From assembly GCA_002269645.1 (NCBI GenBank), contig NIVC01002286.1:62001-126000 (forward strand): a stretch of DNA of 64,000 bases, written 5' to 3'. Position 1 is the stretch's first letter, and each line of letters begins with the position of its first letter. This document shows, piece by piece, positions 57,801 through 64,000 of the stretch. The notes below the pieces were generated by a model. That model had not been told where the DNA came from. It saw only the letters and a list, made by a program, of their open reading frames with translations, and did no database searches. Source of the stretch: Macrostomum lignano. Lineage: Eukaryota. The position numbers and the translations under genes are program-made.

Positions 57801-60800
57801 GGTCTTCCCTATTTTTTAACAAGCTTCTCCCCGGATGTTCGATTTCATAGGGCAAAAAGTTTCTCTCAGGGAGAATTAGTCACCCCGCCCGCCACTTAAA
57901 CTTGTCTCCTGCCTTTAAGCTTTGCTTCTTCTCTTTTATAGCGAGCAGCAGCAAGGCCGAAAGAAGAGACGCAGCTTCCTGTCTAGGCTTGGCAGCAGCT
58001 ACCGGATGAAGCACAAGCAGCAACAGCATCAGCAGCAGCACCTGGCTGTGCCGCAGACTCCTGGAGACCACGACTGGGTGCTCGTCAGCTCGGGACGGTG
58101 CGCTGTGTGCGAGGCTAAGGATGGAGCTGGGTGCCGGCTCAGGTGCCGGGGTGAGGACCTGGTTCTGACTTTCCAGTTGTCTGACTGACCCTGACTCTCT
58201 GATTGGCTGTCTGACTCTCTCACTCATATGGTTCCCTGTCTCCCTGTCTCTCCGAGTCTGACTCTGACTGTCCCCATTGCCAACCAGTCGCCAACTACTG
58301 CTAGCAACATGTCGCACACTCGCAGTCACAACTTCATCTCTCCGTGCCCCCCGCCTCAACAGTCTGCCAGCTTACTGTGCACAGCGCTGATCAGTGCCGC
58401 GGCCGCGTGGTCGCCTGCCTGCCGGCCATCGCTGAGACCCCGCAGCAGGGCGCTTCGGCCGCTGCCCCAGCCGCTGCTACAGCCGCGGTGAAGCCGGAGG
58501 TCGCCCTAGCGGTGGAGCTGTTCAAGAAGAAGAAGGTTTGTTTGTGTATTTGTAGCAACATAGAGAGAGATGTTAAGGCTTAGTGTGTAGAGAATTGAAG
58601 AGGCTGGTAGACAGGTAGACACAATAGTATGGCAAAGAATAAATAATAGAAAGACAGAGGGGGCAAGAAGGAAGGGAGTCGATTTCCGATGTTGTAGCAA
58701 AAATAGCGAGTGAACTTTAGAGCCAAAAGCCAATTTAAAGCCAAATCCCTTAAAGCATTGGCGTCGCACACGTATAGAGAATCTAGTGAGTCTAGCGACG
58801 TAAACAAAGCAAAGATCGAAAAAGACGCCACACGCCAGCCAACATTAGGCCCATTAAAACTGGCACTTCCTGTTCGTTGTCTATGCTTGCAGTTGAAATG
58901 CAAGGAGCTGAACTACCAGAGTGTTGGTTGACTAGTCCATTAACCCGGTTGCTTTACTGCACCACTGATTTTTCCTTTCTCTTATCGGGTCTTAACTGCA
59001 CCAACACCAGTAAGGCATTGAAATTTAATCCACTACTGTGTAGGAGTCTCTAAAATTGCATTTGTTGACGCAATAACGGGGTATCAGTCACAGAATATCA
59101 GCTTTAAAAAGACTGTTTTGGTTCGGGTTGGGACTCGGATTTCCTGGCTGCTTCCTTCTACGGGTAGCTCGTATAAGGAGAAGGGCTGGGTTAAATGCGG
59201 TTTTGCAAGAAGTCAGAGCGCCGCTGTGGCTTATCTTTGTTATTGATTTTTCCTACTTTCTGTTCAGTTTAGAAAATCTGCGGCTAATTTTCGACAGACT
59301 GTTATCAAAAGTGAAGATCGAGGGTCCAGAAAATCACGTGATACTTTACTATCAGGGGTACAGAGAGTAATGTACATTCGACTTAGCAAGCGTGGCTAAT
59401 AATGTACATGTAGGCTGGCTTAACTGCCGGGGGGCCCGAGGCGGGGCAATAAAATGGGGGGGGGTAGAAAAGTAACGCTGGGGTCTTTATGTTTTGTATT
59501 AGTTTAATTTTAGTTAATTCGATTTAATAGCCCAAACAAATTAGCTAAGGTCAAAGGATCTCTTTGTGCTCCAATTGATGTGGAATTTCTTGGACGACAC
59601 AATACTACTACTGAATTGAGGAGAAAAATAAGTAGCTTAATAGCATTATGCTAAACTAGTCAGCTACCTAAATTTGACGTATTGGGTATCTGTCTGTACT
59701 GTACTATCAGTTGTTTCGAGTTCTAATATCAAATAGGAATTTTTAGAACTAGTGTATAAAGCAGTCAGTCTACTGTATAGAGCAAAGAGAATCAATATTT
59801 TCTGTTCCTTTTGTTATTTCCATCTACTAAAAATTTTATACTATACGAAAACACAAAACAGCTTACTGATTTATCAGTCTCAGTTTCATTTCGGCTCTCT
59901 ATTGGCATCTTCAAATCAAAACAGAACACAGCCCCATCTGTCCTCAGTAATTTAATACGGTTTAGGCAGGCAAGCGTGGGGATTTCAAGATTTCGAGGCC
60001 TGGGATTCGATCCGAGATTATTGCGGAGAAATTTGGTCGGCTTAAGATGGAAATTCGAGATTGGATTCGTTCACCTCCACTTGAATTGTTTACGGCTTTG
60101 GGGGAAAAAGTGCTCGCATCTGACCCCGTATAGCAATTGAGCGGCTGATGCTCCTAATTAATAATTGCGTTGGAGTTTGTCTGTAAACTGTAGCTGTCTT
60201 ATTATTTGTCGATGTCTGAATGCCTCTAAAAGAGGATATTTAGATGCTTCTAAGTGTTTGTTATTAAGTAACTGTCAAGCGGGTGTTGTCTGTATTCGCC
60301 TGTAAAGCGGCTGTCAAGCCTGCTGTTGTCTGTATTCGCCTGTAAGTATCTGTCAAGCTTCGTGTTGTCTGTATTTGCCTGTAAGTATCTGTCAAACCGG
60401 GTGTTGTCTGTATTTGCCTGTAAGTATCTGTCAAACCGGCTGTTGTCTGTATTCGCCTGTAAGTATCTGTCAAACCAGCTGTTGTCTGTATTCGCCTGTA
60501 AGTATCTGTCAAACCAGCTGTTGTCTGTATTCGCCTGTAAGTATCTGTCAAACCGGGTGTTGTCTGTAATTTGCCTGTAAGTATCTGTCAAACCGGCTGT
60601 TGTCTGTATTCGCCTGTAAGTATCTGTCAAGCTTCGTGTTGTCTGTATTCGCCTGTAAGTATCTGTCAAACCGGCTGTTGTCTGTATTCGCCTGTAAGTA
60701 TCTGTCAAGCTTCGTGTTGTCTGTATTTGCCTGTAAGTATCTGTCAAACCGGCTGTTGTCTGTATTCGCCTGTAAGTATCTGTCAAACCGGATGTTGTCT

Positions 60801-62850
60801 GTATTTGCCTGTAAGTATCTGTCAAACCGGGTGTTGTCTGTATTTGCCTGTAAGTATCTGTCAAACCGGCTGTTGTCTGTATTCGCCTGTAAGTATCTGT
60901 CAAACCAGCTGTTGTCTGTATTCGCCTGTAAGTATCTGTCAAACCAGCTGTTGTCTGTATTCGCCTGTAAGTATCTGTCAAACCAGCTGTTGTCTGTATT
61001 CGCCTGTAAGTATCTGTCAAACCAGCTGTTGTCTGTATTCGCCTGTAAGTATCTGTCAAACCAGCTGTTGTCTGTATTCGCCTGTAAGTATCTGTCAAAC
61101 CAGCTGTTGTCTGTATTCGCCTGTAAGTATCTGTCAAACCGGGTGTTGTCTGTAATTTGCCTGTAAGTATCTGTCAAACCGGCTGTTGTCTGTATTCGCC
61201 TGTAAGTATCTGTCAAGCTTCGTGTTGTCTGTATTCGCCTGTAAGTATCTGTCAAACCGGCTGTTGTCTGTATTCGCCTGTAAGTATCTGTCAAGCTTCG
61301 TGTTGTCTGTATTTGCCTGTAAGTATCTGTCAAACCGGCTGTTGTCTGTATTCGCCTGTAAGTATCTGTCAAACCGGATGTTGTCTGTATTTGCCTGTAA
61401 GTATCTGTCAAACCGACTGTTGTCTGTATTTGCCTGTACGCGTGACTATCTAGTCTGTTGTTTGTAAATGTCTGTAGCTGGTCTGCAATAAGAAACGTCT
61501 TCGCATGTAGTTATACACTCGCTATTAATTTTTGTAGACGATCGTTCTACATTTCTATGAATATTGGCGCATTCTCGAATCTGCACAGTTTGGCGTCATC
61601 CCGTCCGCGATCAGCCCAACGATTGTCAAAATTTTTCCTCCTTTTTCGACACTCTGTACCCAATTAACCAGCATTCAACCCTACCTGCAAAGCAGAATAA
61701 GCCCCGCAGTCAGCTTCCTTGATGTAATAAAAACCGTGCTAGAAAAAAGTCACTCTTTCAATGTGCTGCTTGTCCCTCTCAATAATCTCGATACTGCAGG
61801 GACTATTACACGCAATTTCGAGCTGTTTTTTTCTGGGCAATGGGAACATCTTGAATCGACAGAATGAAGGCAACCCCACTGATGACTGCTGCTGGCTCTG
61901 CCTTGGTCAAGGACCACTAAACAGAGAATACTCGCTTTTCGTCTGCTGCTCAAAAGAGATTACATGTATCACTGCAGGTAATCATCACTGCAGGTAATTA
62001 TCCCTGCAGGTAATTATCATTGCAGGTAATTATCACTGCAGGTAATTATCACTGCAGGTAATTATCACTGCAGGTAATTATCACTGCAGGTAATTATCAC
62101 TGCAGGTAATTATCACTGCAGGTAATTATCACTGCAGGTAATTATCACTGCAGGTAATTATCACTGCAGGTAATTATCACTGCAGGTAATTATCACTGCA
62201 GGTAATTATCACTGCAGGTAATTATCACTGCAGGTAATTATCACTGCAGGTAATTATCACTGCAGGTAATTATCACTGCAGGTAATTATCACTGCAGGTA
62301 ATTATCACTGCAGGTAATTATCACTGCAGGTAATTATCACTGCAGGTAATTATCACTGCAGGTAATTATCACTGCAGGTAATTATCACTGCAGGTAATTA
62401 TCGCGCAACCGCTTACTTGAGGGCAAATTTACTAGCCTAAATGTTTTGGGTAAAGGGCGAAAACCGGCTGAGCCTTCCGCCCCAAATACTCTTTCTAGAA
62501 CCCCCTGTCCCAGCTTGCATCCAATTGGCTGGCTCCCGTTGATCGTATAAAACTGTTCATAGAGTCGGGCAGAAACAAAAGAGGGGCTTTGAAAAAAGAG
62601 AAAAAAGCTGTTTATTGGAAATAACAGAAGACACAAATTAGCAAAGCAGAAGACAGATGGATAGAGCGATGCAGGAGCAGCGGCACAAGCAGCATCAGCA
62701 GCAGCGCCGGTCTCAGACTCAGGCCCTGCCTCCAAAACCCCCGCCAAAGACTTACCTGATTGCATTGCAGCACCGCACGGCTGCCACCAGCCCGACGCCG
62801 CAGTCACAGCCGCCTTTGTCGCCGCAGTCTTCGGCAGCAGCAACACTTGG
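54821..62850 (+). CDS. 5' part of an AKAP13/ARHGEF28 (Lbc-family RhoGEF)-like gene: N-terminal domain, Ser/Pro-rich linker and C1 zinc finger; continues beyond the window
   Basis: Phase-consistent exons 54821-54970, 55426-55579, 56181-56891, 56980-57020, 57156-57499, 57942-58150, 58363-58535 and probably 62657-62850. DCRYCLVYEGTNRRHL..LFSRVPEHDAPETVRLSL..LEFSFVPD parallels the AKAP13/RGNEF N-terminus (FY..Y.GS..RH..PGH...ETV.V). The C1 domain HDWVLVSSGRCAVC..CRLRCRVCQLTVHSADQC..VVAC is split by an intron. DH-PH domains are not in the window. Confidence 0.72.
55025..55320. repeat. Intronic G-rich 32-bp minisatellite (atcggaggacacgggagggggcggtggctgcc)
   Basis: About 9 near-identical copies in intron 1 of the RhoGEF-like gene. 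Confidence 0.95.
60285..61436. repeat. Intronic 39-bp minisatellite (tgttgtctgtattcgcctgtaagtatctgtcaaaccggc)
   Basis: About 29 copies, with occasional 40-bp units (tgtaatttgcc) and block-level duplication. Confidence 0.96.
61972..62401. repeat. Homogeneous 16-bp minisatellite (TCACTGCAGGTAATTA)
   Basis: About 26 copies, essentially invariant after the first few. Confidence 0.97.
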
Positions 62851-63394
62851 GTGAGTCTGTCGAAACGGAATGTTTTGCTAAATGAAATAATCAAATCATC
62901 ATATTTCTAAATTTAGTTATTTTGATGTGCTTCCCTTGTCTCTGCGCCTGTCGAGCTCCGAGCCCCAACAGACGCCCTGTCTGTAGTGGAATTAGTAATT
63001 ACTGGCTCAGACACCGCATGCAGATGTTCGTTTGAATCAGCTGCAAGCTGGAATAATGAATATTCATTAATCCTACAGGTTGGTAGCTAAGGTTCTGTGC
63101 TACAATTCTGCACTATTAGTATAAGACACTACTGTGCAGTCAATGAAAAAATGACTGGCGCTGTGAGATGCGAGTGACTTGGTCTTGCGCTTGCACTGTG
63201 TAAGTAAGGCCCTGGGATCTGTCCATACAGATCCAAACAGGACTCCATACTGGCTGTCTTGCGATACATTTGCGATAACTAATGGGATATTGGGGAATGG
63301 GAGACAGTCAAAACAGGGATGCATTGTGACTGTAAGACTGGGATGCGGTGAGACAAGAAATTACTGAGTGAGGATGGGAGACTGAGAGAGGAGA

Positions 63395-64000
63395 GGGAGA
63401 CAGAGAGAGGAGAGGGAGACAAGAGAGGAGAGGGAGACAAGAGAGGAGAGGGAGACAAGAGAGGAGAGGGAGACAAGAGAGGAGAGGGAGACAAGAGAGG
63501 AGAGGGAGACAAGAGAGGAGAGGGAGTCCAGAGAGGAGAGGGAGACAAGAGAGGTGAGGGATCCAGAGAGAGGAGAGGGCGACAAGAGAGGAGAGGGAGC
63601 CAGAGAGAGGAGAGGGAACCAGAGAGAGGAGGGAGACAAGAGAGGAGAGGGAGACAAGAGAGGAGAGGGTGACAAGAGAGGAGAGGGAGACAAGAGAGGA
63701 GAGGGAGACAAGAGAGGTGAGGGATCCAGAGAGAGGAGAGGGAGCCAGAGAGAGGTGAGGGATCCAGAGAGAGGAGAGGGAGCCAGAGAGAGGAGAGGGA
63801 GCCAGAGAGAGGAGAGGGAGTCCAGAGAGGAGAGGGAGTCCAGAGAGGAGAGGGAGACAAGAGAGGAGAGGGAGACAAGAGAGGAGAGGGAGACAAGAGA
63901 GGAGAGGGAGACAAGAGAGGTGAGGGATCCAGAGAGAGGAGAGGGAGCCAGAGAGAGGAGAGGGAGTCCAGAGAGGAGAGGGAGTCCAGAGAGGGAGGGA
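63395..64000. repeat. GA-rich 18-bp minisatellite (gagaggagagggagacaa), running off the window end
   Basis: Tandem purine-rich units with tcca/cca/gtga variants. Confidence 0.95.

Noticed and set aside
59975-60075. GGGATTCGATCC tRNA B-box-like match
   Set aside because: It is part of a run of gatt(t)cg-like repeats, with no A-box or tRNA fold.
60250-61467. TDTYRRIQTTAGL / CCLYSPVSICQT repeat ORFs
   Set aside because: They are translations of a 39-bp intronic minisatellite whose 40-bp units shift the frame freely.

Overview
Repeat-rich eukaryotic (metazoan) genomic DNA with GT-AG introns and GC-rich exons. The style suggests a flatworm such as Macrostomum, but that is inference only. Four host genes can be supported: a 3-exon Ly6/quiver-like GPI-anchored protein (minus, 7466-8953); an intronless heat-inducible Hsp70 with perfect HSEs and a TATA box (10295-12211); a multi-exon ankyrin plus pseudokinase gene resembling TEX14, with a long GFG-repeat tail (14802-25826); and the 5' part of an AKAP13/ARHGEF28-like gene with a C1 domain (54821 to beyond 62850). 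The centre of the window (28107-47185) is a nested mobile-element structure. An 18.5-kb head-to-tail array of five non-coding, rolling-circle-like (Helitron/Helentron-type) units is inserted at a CTAG^T site inside the left inverted repeat of a deleted Tc1 (DD34E) element. The units carry subterminal inverted repeats, a terminal hairpin plus CTAG, internal hairpin satellites, a tRNA-like module and paired X-box motifs. Immediately to the right (47200-50900) are three decayed Crypton-type tyrosine-recombinase ORFs embedded in palindromes built on CCATAGAC/GTCTATGG. Most introns and intergenic stretches contain their own 16-39 bp minisatellite, and these produce most of the spurious ORFs in the track.
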